From assembly GCF_009914755.1 (NCBI RefSeq), contig NC_060927.1: a DNA stretch of 64,000 nucleotides, one strand, 5' to 3'. The notes below the pieces were generated by a model that saw nothing but the letters and a program-made list of their open reading frames with translations, was not told where the DNA came from and searched no databases. Numbering within the stretch: the first letter of the stretch is position 1; the number at the start of each line of letters is the position of its first letter. The position numbers and the translations under genes were made by a program. Shown here in pieces: positions 52,666 to 64,000 of this stretch. This stretch comes from the human T2T-CHM13v2.0 reference genome, Homo sapiens.

Positions 52666-55600
52666 CTACACTCTTCAGGTGGCTGTGCAGTCTCATTACA
52701 GTTACACCATGGTATCCTTGCATGGTGCTTTATAAATTTTATTTTTTAAAATCAGGCTTGTTTTATTTGTTTCCACCACCTGTCCGACTCCTGTGGGCAT
52801 TTGTGTGTGCCATGCTTGGTGTAGGAGGTCTCCGAGGGCTCTTCTTGTTCTGCCTTTCTGGGATTGACATCTGTGGTGAGCAGCCGGTGCATCTAATTTC
52901 AGCTCATAGAAAACTGAAGAGCTAGGGAACAAAATCTCCAAGGCAACAGCCTTAGGCAAGGGGGTGATCTTCTTCGGATCACGGGGTTGGGCAACACCTC
53001 TACAGAGACTGGGGTGTCGGGCATCGGGGTGTTGGCACCAGGAGCTGACAGGCTGAGCCTCCTGGAAGCCTGTCCTTCTGAAACTGGCCACATCGGCACT
53101 GTCCTGGTGCTAGGCCTGCCCTAGCCCACCCTGCCTGCCTGCTGTAGGCCTGAGCTGATTTTATCTCTTCCTCGTTTTCCAGTGCCTAGCACCCAGCAGG
53201 CCCTAGGAAAACACTGCGTTGAGTGGATGGAGCATGGCTGCGTAGGCCTGTCTCGGCTGCTGACCCACTGTATAACTTTGGGAAGTCACTCTCTGCAGCT
53301 CACTCTCTTCATCCTCAGAGTGAGGACGATGACACCGCTCCTGCCTGTGATGCCTCACTTTGTGAACTGTGTGAACTTTCAATGCAAAGACTAATGCTTA
53401 AACTGCCTCCCCATTGCGCCTTCCCAAATGTGCCTAGGTAGTTAACATTTTTAAGGCTAAAAACATACTCATTTTCATATTGACATTCGACTAGTTTTTA
53501 AAGTAGGTTGTCTGTTTTGTGGGTATACGGATGCTCTGCCCGTCCATCTCCCTGGGGCTCCATAAAGCAGTCGGTGGAGGAAGTGGGAACTGCAAATCAT
53601 TCTATTGTTTCCCAGTCTTCCCTTCTATGAAAAGGGTTACTTGTCACCTCAGAGCAGCTCCATGTTACTGCCTTTACTTGTGCAGGGGTCCCTGTTAAGT
53701 GTCCAGGGTTTGGATTTGAGTCATTACCCTAGCACTTCCCACGTTCCACCTCCCTGACTCAGTTTCTTCATCTGTAAAGTGGCGATCGCTGCACAGGGAC
53801 TGCCCTTACCTGGAGCCTGGCATATGGAGTATGCTCTAGGAACGGCAAGTCAGGGTCGTTTTTGTCATTAGCCTTAAATAGGCACCCTTATCATCAGTCT
53901 TGGGTTGCAGTCTTCTCTTCTAGCCATGAGCTTTGCTGCCTGCCTCTGGAGTGTGGGGAAATTACATTCTTACCTGGCCTGCCCCTAGGCTCTTGTATGC
54001 CTGGGATTCCCTAACATCTTTCTAGAGAGGTAGCCTCTTGTAGCTTCCTGTGCAACCTGTTTGCCTGTGGAACAGAGCTGCATGGATGGACTTGGAACAT
54101 GACACACCCACACAGAGATCAATAATGTGGCTCAATAATGATGCCTGCCTCTTTCCCACGAGCCATACTCAGGGCCTTGCTATCAGTTTTCCCTCATCCC
54201 TGTTACTTTAGGAGTTTTTCTTCTTGTGGAGTGCATCTTATTTTTAAATGCCAGCTGGTCACAATTTCTCATGAATCCTTTCAGAGTTTTCCCAAGGCCG
54301 TGGATACAAGTGCACTCTTTCCTTTCTGCAAGTACAAATGAGATCACGCTATTCCGTCCATTCCCTTTTCCTCTTACCTGCGCATTCAGTCAGATGGTCT
54401 GAAATAGTTTCACTTCCTTGGCGTCTTTTGTAACCATCCCCTCCCTGTCACTGCTTCAGTTGTCACACTTCTCAGTGCTCCTCCTCCTGATTTGCACTGT
54501 TGTGGTGGTTTCCCTGCTACCAGCCCCTTCGTGATTTCAGTCCCTCCTCCTGCTTTGCCAGACCTTCCTGTGCAAAGAGAAGACTGACCACATCCCTGCT
54601 TATAGCCTTCACTGACTCCCAGTTCCAGCTTCCTTGGTTTGCCATCCAAGGCTCTCAACAGGTGGCACTCCAGCAACTCCTCACACCTGATGTTTTCACG
54701 TCCCTGCCAGACTGAGCCGTGGTGCTCCTTGGAGCTCCCTCCCTTCCGTGCCTTTGCTCATGCCACACCTCTCTCTGGAACGCCACCTTCTGCTCACACC
54801 CCTTCTCTGCTGTCATCCCTTCAGGCCCAATTCAGGCCATCTCCCTTCTAGCTGGAACTCGGAGTTCCATTGTTGAACCTCCTGGGCCCTTAGGAGGGCC
54901 GCTGGTATCCACTGCTCAGTGGCTTGTCTTCTCTCCCTCTGTATCTGTCTCCTCCACCCTGCTTGACCATGAGCTCTTTGAGTAGAAGGGTCATGGATGT
55001 CATATCTTTATATACTCCATCATGCTAGTACCATGTTATGGACCCAGGCCTCTAATAAATATTTAATTCATGTGGTTCACAAACATTTGAGTGTCTCCGG
55101 TGTGCTAAGCCCTGAAGATACAGCAGGAGCATCATGGAATCCCTGCGCCTGTGGAGCCACTGTGCTGTTGGAGTGAAGACAAAAAAGTGCTTGGGGTCTG
55201 TTGTGCCCGGAGGTCATAAGTGCTGCAAAGAAAGCAAAGCAGAGTAAGGGGAGGGACGGTGCTGGCAGGGGTGGGGTTGATAGGGGGGCTGGTTCCAGAC
55301 AGGGGAGTCGGGGAAATGCGTGCAGTCCCCTTTGAGGCTGAGCCTGCTGGGAGTCAGTTGGTTCCCTGGCCTTTCTACAGCAATCTTGGCCCCTCTTTTT
55401 ATCGCTTTAGCTTCTGTAGTGGTTGTCCTTTCTAGGGGCCTGAGTGCTGCTTAGCAGGTGCATCTCCCCTTGCTCTTGCTGTTGGGGTGGCAGCCTGCTG
55501 CCTTCAAAGCAGAGCAGCACAGCAGTTAAGCACGCAGGCCGGGGTCAGGCGGCTTTCCCTGCAGTCAGGCTTTGGTCCTGTGGCTTCATGGACTGGGCAA

Positions 55601-55954
55601 GTTCTTTAACCTCTCTCTACCTTGGTTTTCTCAAGTAGAAGGTGGGTGTGGCATTGTGAGGATTAGTGAGGTGGTCTGTGCACAGTGAGTGCTGGATGAA
55701 GGTTAATCAGTAGGTAGGTAGCGTTAGTAAGGTGGCACAACTCAGTTACAATCACAACTCTCATCCTCATGACCTTATATCATGACCTTATATTGGGTCA
55801 GCTGCACACTGCTCACTCCTGTCCTTGTTCATTCAGTTGTTGATAATACCTACTTGAGGTTTTTAAGATGGCACCATTCTCCTTACAACCTTTTAGTCGC
55901 GAGGTGGCCATGTGACTTACTCGTAGACCTGTATGGTTTAATAAAGAAACCCAT

Positions 55955-56080
55955 ACGGTGGCATGCACCTATAGTCCTGGCTACTCAGGAGGCTGAGGCA
56001 GGAGGATCCCTTGGGCCCAGGAGTTTGAGACCACCTGGGCAACAAAGGGAGGCCTTATCTCTAAAAAATAAAAAAAGAAA
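55955..56080 (+). mobile_element. FLAM-like monomer
   Basis: ggtggcatgcacctatagtcc...gcccaggagtttgagacc, A-rich tail. Confidence 0.8.
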
Positions 56081-56779
56081 TCTGTAGCCATTTGGGAACT
56101 TGCCTCTAAGTTCACAGTTGCTTTTGGGTGAGGCTGGCATTTTGGTTAGGGTCAGATTTTGGTTTCTTCCTTGGAAGGAGGTGGGATCTGGGTTCCAAAT
56201 GCATTTGTTAAGGTGGAAGTGCTGAGGGGTGTGTGTGTGTGTGTGTGGCTTAGATTGAGGCTTGGGCCTCTCCCTGGCCTGGCCTTGCATTTGACTCAGA
56301 CTGTCTGTGGGCCTTCACTACTCTGCACGCGTTCCCCCTCCATCACGGAGCTTGTAGGGCAAGGACTGTGGGCTGGAGAGGGGAGGAGAGAGAGTCTCTT
56401 CCTGGACTTCACTTTGTCATTAGAGTCTTATGGAGGTGCCAGCCAAGTGTGCCAGGGTAGCGGCAGGGAAGAGGCCCCTTTCCTTGGTGTCCCCCTGTTA
56501 CTCCAGGGTGAGGGCAGGTTCAGGTTTGAGCCACAGGATGTCAGAGCTGGAGGGCACTTTAAAAAGAATGTGCCCAATTTAATTTTGTGTACAGTATGGA
56601 CAAGCTGAGAAAAGACTTGCTCAAGGTTGCAAAGCTACATGGAGAGCACTTAGAACAGTGCTGATGGTCTGTGGCAAATGCTAACTGTTGTTATTATTGA
56701 TCAACTCATGTATTTTTATGTACCCAATATGTGCCTGGTATGGATTATAATTAATATTTGTGTAGCACTTTGCAGTTTT

Positions 56780-57000
56780 CACTTAATAGCTAATATCAAT
56801 TGTTTACATTGTACCAACTGCTTTGTGTAGATTGCTTCATTTAATCCTGGAAATCACTGTAGAGTCTGTACCATTAATTCTTTCCATTTAACAGATGAGG
56901 AAACTGACTTAGAGCTAAGAAGTCCCCTGGCCAAGGTCACACAGCTGGTATGCAGCTTAGCTGGGATTCAAACCTGGGCTGGTCTGACTGCAAAGCACTG
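56780..57000 (-). mobile_element. MIR
   Basis: acagatgaggaaactgac...ccaaggtcacacagctgg...gggattcaaacctggg. Confidence 0.8.
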
Positions 57001-57964
57001 AGTTCCTGAGCTGCGCAGCAGCCAGGCCAGCCTTGAGGGAGGCTCCATTTCCTAGGTGAGGACAGTGACGCTCAGAGAAGCTAAAGAATTGGGGCAGCAC
57101 CACGCAGCTGGAGGGTGGGCAGAGCTCCTCCTCCCCTGTACTGCTCTATATTAGCCCTCTGTCCATTGACCACACAGGACCTCCTGGCCAGCTCTGATGG
57201 CACTGTGACCAGCGGGCCGTGGCATCAAGCACGCAGCCCCGTCTGGCTCCGGAGGCCTCCCCTCTGGTTCTGTTGGTGCAGGGACCACTGCCCAGATGGT
57301 GTTTATTCTCACATGACTGCTGTGTGTGTATGTATATTTGTTGATTAAAAATATTACTTGCTGTATTTTGTGGCAACATAAAAAAAATTACAACTCTCTT
57401 AGTGCCAACAAGAATCTTGCCAATGTTTTCATTAACCTCTTACAAACCAAGTCGTGTGGTTCCATTCCTGCCCCCTGGGGTTGCAGCTGACAAATCTTAG
57501 CCTCCCACTCACCTGTGCAGAACCCCCGCAGTGACCTCCTCGTGCCCTCAGATCAGATGTGAATGCTTTACCCTGGTTGGCCAGGGCTCATACGGTCTAG
57601 CCTGTGCCTGCCCCTCTGGCTTGATCGTCTGGTCCCTTTCTTTTAATTCACTGTCCTCTGGCCTGCCGGCCTTCTGTGGGGCCCTCGGACATGCCAGACT
57701 CAGTCCTTCTCAGAGACTGTGCTTCTCCCCTCTCCTGGAACTAGGTTTCAGGATGTACATGTGGTTGAGCATCTCATCGCTGGGCGGGCGTCTTAACAGG
57801 AATGTCACGGCTAAGCAGGCTTCCCTAGTGCATGCGGCTTCTTGCCCCCCCTGCCCTGCATGCTGCCATCACTTTATGATAGCCGTTTCTTCTTTCATAG
57901 ATAGCACCAATCACTAGTGCACCCCATTGGTTCTTCAGCATACATTTAAGCATTTCTGAAGTGG

Positions 57965-57998
57965 GGATGTTGTGTATGATAGGATGTTGTGTATGATA
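57965..57998. repeat. Perfect 17-bp tandem duplication
   Basis: ggatgttgtgtatgata x2. Confidence 0.92.
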
Positions 57999-58341
57999 GG
58001 AGGAATGTTAATTTCACTAGGGTTTTTGTCTTTCATCAGGCCATGTAAAATAATGGTAAGGTTTACAGTTGCTGGTGTCCTGGCTTAGGTGAGGGAGGAC
58101 ATGGGAAACAGTGTGTTTACTGGGTATCGTTTCTCACCTGCCATCCGAATGTGAGCTCCAGAAACTGAGGGACTGTGTCACTCCCTTTCAGTGCTGTTGC
58201 TCACTGCTTCTAGCGCATTGCCATCACAGTGAGTGCCTCATAAAGAGGGACAGTGGGCCGTGGTTACCGCTCCCTTGTCTGTTTGCCTCTGGATGGGGTG
58301 CTTCCTCTGCTCCTTGCCTGGGCTGCACTATCAGAGTCTTC

Positions 58342-58641
<300 letters not shown>

Positions 58642-58906
58642 AAGAGTCTTTTGCATGACAGGGCCTGGTCTTCCTGGTCACGCAGCCCTTTTCCATGGTG
58701 TGGATTAGGACATCGTCAGCTGTGACTGCCACTGTCATGTAGATCACACCTGTCATGGTTGCCTCATCCTCATCCACATAGATCCCAGGACCCCTGAGGT
58801 TCATTCCTCACTGCTGACCTCCCTCAGGACACCCAACCGGGGCTTCTAGTCCCTCAGGGGCCTGGTGCATTCCCACAGGGTCCACTCTGAAATGGGGGGT
58901 GCTGTC

Positions 58907-59097
58907 CAGTCGTGTGCTGGTAAATTTCTAACTGGCTCTGCCCTTCACCTCCCTCAAAGGGCCTGGTTTGTAGCACTGGCCAGTTTCTATGGTGGATATA
59001 CCATTGTAGCCAATTCCAAACTGCTGTCATGAAGTCAACCAGCACATGTTTCCTGAAAATTTAAAAATGAGCTCTTAGCCAGTTTCAGCCACCATTT
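58907..59097. mobile_element. MER63-like hAT element
   Basis: ccagtcgtgtgctggtaaat...aactggctct start. Confidence 0.55.
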
Positions 59098-60019
59098 GGA
59101 TGCCCAGATCTTTTTGTTCAGCCTGTGTTCCCTGAAGTGCTGGCTTCAAGAAGTTCTCTGAAGTGTTCCCTCTTGAGTGCTGGCTCCGTGTCCCCACCTA
59201 TGGAGAAAGATGTTCCACGTTGCTCCTGCTGTCACTTCGCACCCAGCCTGGTGTCCTGTTTCCACCCTCAGCATGTGGCTAAGTGCTTACTGGGGACTTG
59301 GGGCTTTAGATGTTTCTCCTCATTCTCCCATACACTGACTCACTCAGGGTCTTAGTTGCTACAGCCGCAAAAAAGGAGCAAATGGGCAAACTTGGGAAGG
59401 TTTCTCCCTTTTACAATGTGGGATTTTTGTATTTACCTACAATCAAACGGATCTGCTGCCTTCTTAGAATAATTTTCTTAATTTCCTCCCTTTCTTTGTC
59501 ATTCTCACGCAAATTATTCCACGAACTTGAGATCAAAACTCCTTTTCTTCAACTCTGTGCTCTCGTTCATTCCCTGCAGTCAGGGCAGCCACCAGACGAG
59601 CCTTTCATCCCACCTCCCACGCAGGCCGTGGTGATGTTTCCTTGCTCACAAACTTTCAGCGTCTCCTCGGGATGGTTGGACCTCTCCCTTTGCCTGACTT
59701 CCAAGCTTCCTTCTGTGCTGGCTTCATCCAAGTCCTTCCACCCCACGCCTTCCAAAGTGAACCTATGGCGGCAGGCGCACGGTCTCTTCCTGTCTGTGCC
59801 TCTTCCCCGGTGCCCTGCCCTAGGCTATGAAGCTTCTGCCTTCTGCAGACATCGCTGCCGTCCCGCCCATGGGATGGAGCTTCTCCTGTGTCTAAGTCTG
59901 CGCCTGCCTTAGGGAACCCATCCCTCTCTTGGCTGCTTCCGGCCACTGGAATCCCTCCTTGTGCTGTTCTCATTGACTTCCTGTCTGGGCTGCTTCTCTT
60001 TGTTTTTGGTGTTCTCTCC

Positions 60020-61615
60020 CTTTTTATTTGTAACAGCTTTATTGAGATGTGATTCACATGCTGTACAATACATCCATTTAAGGCATGTGATTTAATAGTT
60101 TTTAGTGTATTCACAGGTATGTGTGACCATTGCCACAATCATTTTTAGAACATTTTCATCACCCCCACCCCCCACCCTCCCCACCAAATCCTACTTACCC
60201 TGTAGCTATCAGTCCCCACCCCGGTCCCTGCATTTCCCCAAGCCCAAGGCAGTCACGAATCTACTTTTGTGTCTAGAGATTTGCCTGTTGTGGAATACGC
60301 CACACAGTGTGGCCTTTTGGGTCTGACTCCTTTCACTTAGCGTAGTGCTTTCAAGGTTTCTCCATGTTGTAATGTGTCAGTAGTTCATTCCCTTTTATGG
60401 CTGAATAATACTCCATTGTATAGATATACTTCATTTTACTTATCCATTCATTGGTTGATGAACATTTGGGTCCTTTCCATTTTTTGGCTATTACAGATAA
60501 TGCTGATGTGAACACATGTTTTCATTTGTCTTTGGTGTACAATGAGAAGTGGAATTGCCATATCAAGTGGTAACTCTCCATATCCTCGCAAATACTTATT
60601 ATAATTTGACTTTAAAAATTTATTTATTTATTTAGAAACAGAGCCTCACCTGTTGTCCAGGCTGGAGTGCAGTGGCACAGTCATAGCTCGCTGTAACCAT
60701 GACTTCCTGGGCTCAAGCAATCCTTTTGCCTCAGCCTCCCAAGAAGCTAGGACTGTAGGCATGTGGCACCACACCTGGCTAATTAAAAAAAAATTTTTGT
60801 TTTTTAGAGAAAGGGCCTCACTGTGTTGCCCAGGCTGGTCTCAAACTCCTGGTCTCAAGTGATCCTTTTGCCTCGGCCCTCCAAAATGCTAAGATTACAG
60901 ATGCGAGCCACTATGGCTGACCCTTACACGTTGACCTTTTAATTATAGCCATCCTCGTGGGTGTGATGTGGTACCTTATTGTGGTTTAAACCCGTGTTTC
61001 TCTAGAGACTAATGATGTTGAGCATCTTTTCCTGTGCTTATTGACCATTTGTATATCTTCTTTGGAAAAATTTCTATTTAGATCCTTTGCCCATTTTTAA
61101 GTAGGATTATTTTTCATTTTATTATTCAATTCTGGAAGGTGTTTATATGTTTTAGATAAAAGTTCCTTATCAGGTATATGATTTGTACATATTTTCTCCC
61201 ATTCTGTGGGTTGTCTTTTCAGTTGCCCTATGGTGTCATTTGGTACTCAAAACTTTAAAATTTTGAAAAAGTCCAATTATTTATTTATTTCTTTCATTGC
61301 TCATGCTTTTGGTGTCATCTCTAAGAACGTATTGCCAAAGCCAAGGTCATAATGATTTAGCCCTCTGTTTTCTAATAAGAGTTTTATAGTTTTAGCTCTT
61401 AATGTTTAGGTCTCGGATCTGTTTTGTATTAATTCTTGTATATGGTGTAAGGTAGGTGTGCAACTATATTATTTTGCAAGGGATATCCAGTTGTCCCAGC
61501 ATCATTGGTTGAAGAGACCGCTCTTTCCCCACTGAACCATCTTGGCACCCTTGTTGAAATCAACTGACCATAGAGATAAAGGTTTCTTTATGGCCTCCTT
61601 ATTCCCTTCCATTGA
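60020..61615 (-). mobile_element. L1MB-like LINE 3' part split by AluJ
   Basis: aacagctttattgagatgtgattcac 3' end; ccagttgtcccagcatcattggttgaagagac. Confidence 0.85.
60618..60922 (-). mobile_element. AluJ
   Basis: Antisense Alu with ttcctgggctcaagcaatcc. Confidence 0.92.
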
Positions 61616-62725
61616 TATGTTTGGTCTTCTCTTGTCATATGTCATTAACTAGTTATTTGATTGTATATATCTTAAATACTACAGGGACTCTATTATTATT
61701 ATTATTATTACAATCTTTTGTTACTAAGGAAATGTTCATGGTAAAAAAATTAAGATGCAAAAGTTCCAAAAGTGAAAATCCTGCCCCAGCTGCTCCTGTC
61801 CCCACTTTCAGGACCTCATCCTCTGAGTACTTTGCTAAGCAGTTTTGTAGATTTCTCCTTGGAGCAGATCTGTATATGTGTCTTATGTGCATGCATGTGA
61901 AATCCAAATGCAGTTCACACTTGCGGATATGTGTATATGCATATATTCAAATTCAGCAACATTTATATTTGTATGTCTGCATTTTTTTTTGCAAAATTGA
62001 GATGTGCAAAAAATTCTATGACTTTTTAAACAATCAGCAGTATATCTCATGTGTTTTCCGTGACAGTGTATGTGTATTCTACCTTGTTCTTTCTTAATGG
62101 TTCCATAAAATTCTATAGGATGTATATGCCGAAATTTTCTCAGTCAGTTCTCTATCTGTTGGATGTTTATGTGATTTCCTTTTCTTTTTTCCCTATTTCC
62201 TCCGGTGTCACAGTGAGTGTCCTTCCACATGCCTCTGTGTACATGGGGGAGTAGTTTTCTCAGTGAGATATTCTGGAAGTGGAGTTGCTGATCATGTCTT
62301 TTGTCTTACAGTAATTTTTAATGTCTTTCCCTCCGCTGTGTTTTATGATGCCTTGCACATATTAGGCACTTAATAAATATTTACTAAAGTGAACTCTTAA
62401 GGATTTTTATCCTGGATTGATCCCCAGCTTGCTGTTTCATCTCAGTAAACTGTTTTATGACACCCTTAGGCCTATTTCACATCCTCTAAATGAATGAGAG
62501 TTTTGGTTATCCAGTCTTCATTAGGGGAACTGAGGTGAAATTAGTCAAGCAGTATTTGATTATCTACTGTATGTGTGGCACTGGAGGTGTACAGAGATGA
62601 GTGAGATTCAGGCTTAGCCCTCAAGGTATTTAAAAACCATCAGGATAGGCAGGCAGGAGGTGTAGTACTTCTCTGAGAAGCACATGTGTGTTGTCAGGGG
62701 GCTCAGAGGAAGGGAAAAGGTGATA

Positions 62726-64000
62726 CTGGCACACCTGGGAGATGGTGCAGACGTGGCTCCAGATACCACAGTACAGTGGACATCAAAATAAAGCAAATCA
62801 TGAACTTTTTGGTTTCCTAGTGTATATAAGAGTTGTGTTTACACTATATTGTAGTCTCAAGTGTACACTAACATTATGCCTAAAAAGTGTATATACCTTA
62901 ATTAGAAATACTTTATTGGCAAAATATGCTAATGATCATCTGAGCCTTTAGTGAGTCATAATCTTTTTGCTGGTGGGGGGTCTTGCCTCCTTGTTGATGG
63001 CTGCTGACTGATCAGGATGGTGGTTGGCTGTGGCAGTTTTGTAAAATAAGACAACAATGAAGTTTGCCACATCGATCAACTCTTCCTTTCACAAAAGATT
63101 TCTCTGTAGCATACGATGCTGTTTGATAGCATTTAACCCATAGTGGAGCTCCTTTCAAGATCGGAGTCAGTTCTCTAAAACCCTGCTGCTACTCTATCAA
63201 CTAAGTTTATGATCCTATTCTAAATCCTTTGTTGTCATTTCAGCAGTGTTCACAGCATCTTCACCAGGAGCAGATTCCATCTCAAGAAACCACTTTCTTT
63301 CCTCATCCATAAGAAGCAACTCCTCATCTGTTCAAATTTGATCCTGAGATTGCAGCAATTCAGTCACATCCTCAGGCTCCACTTCTAATTCTACTTCTCT
63401 TGCTGTTTCCACAACATCTGCAGTGACTTCTCCATTGAAGTCTTGAACCCCTCAGAGTCATCCATGAGGGTTGGAATCTACTTCTTTTAGACTCCTATTA
63501 ATATTGATTTTTTGACCTCTTCCCATGAATCATGAATGTTCTTAATGGCATCAGAATAGTGAGTCCTTTCCTTGGAGTTCTCAGTTTACTTTTCCCAGGT
63601 CCATCAGAGGAGTCACTATGTATGGCAGCTCTAAGCTTATAAATGAATTTCTTAAATAATAAGACTTGAAAGTAAAAATTACTCCTTGATCCATGGGCTA
63701 CAGAATGGATGCTGTGTTAGGAGGCATGAAAATAACATTCATCTTGTACATCTCCATCAGAGCTTTTGGGTGACCAGGTGCATTGTCAAGGAGCAGTAAT
63801 ATTTTGAATGGATTCTTTTTTGCTGAGCAGTAGGTCTCAACAGTGGGCTTAAAGTATTCAGTAAAACATGTTGTAAACAGATGTTCTGTCATCTAGACTC
63901 TGTTGTTCCATTTCTAGAGCACTGGCAGAGTAGATTGAATATCATTCTTAAAGGCCCTAGAGTTTTCAGAAGGCTAAATGAACATTGGCTTCCATTAAAA
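62726..64000 (-). mobile_element. Tigger1 DNA transposon (degenerate pogo-like transposase), runs off window
   Basis: TA then TIR-like ctggcacacct; minus translation [15 protein letters not shown]...[19 protein letters not shown] (DDE region) with stops. Confidence 0.9.

Noticed and set aside
59310-59912. 200-aa intronic ORF
   Set aside because: No homology recognised; pyrimidine-rich, likely old repeat-derived sequence.
63698-63892. Transposase-like ORF as a TIGD-type gene
   Set aside because: Terminated by a stop within the DDE region; ordinary dead Tigger1 copy.

Overview
Primate (human-like) genomic DNA, very repeat-rich (Alu, L1, MIR, L2, MaLR/ERV LTRs, Tigger/MER). It matches the human 3q21 NUP210P1-CHCHD6 interval. 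Left end (+): five recognisable exons of an unprocessed NUP210 pseudogene, with an in-frame stop and two dead splice acceptors. At 10.5-11.8 kb (-): an intronless, disabled SF3A2 retrocopy. At 42.4-43.6 kb: CpG-island promoter and coding exon 1 of CHCHD6 (MIC25); the rest of the window is CHCHD6 intron 1, ending inside a Tigger1 transposon. Most six-frame ORFs are spurious. I see no novel multi-gene system. The most notable unexplained structures are a multi-patch templated insertion at 36.65-36.87 kb copied from nearby DNA, a twin-primed inverted L1 nested in an LTR, a MER41-family LTR with a STAT site, and an orphan CpG cluster with a strong CTCF motif. Protein and repeat-family assignments are from recall of known sequences, not from a search.
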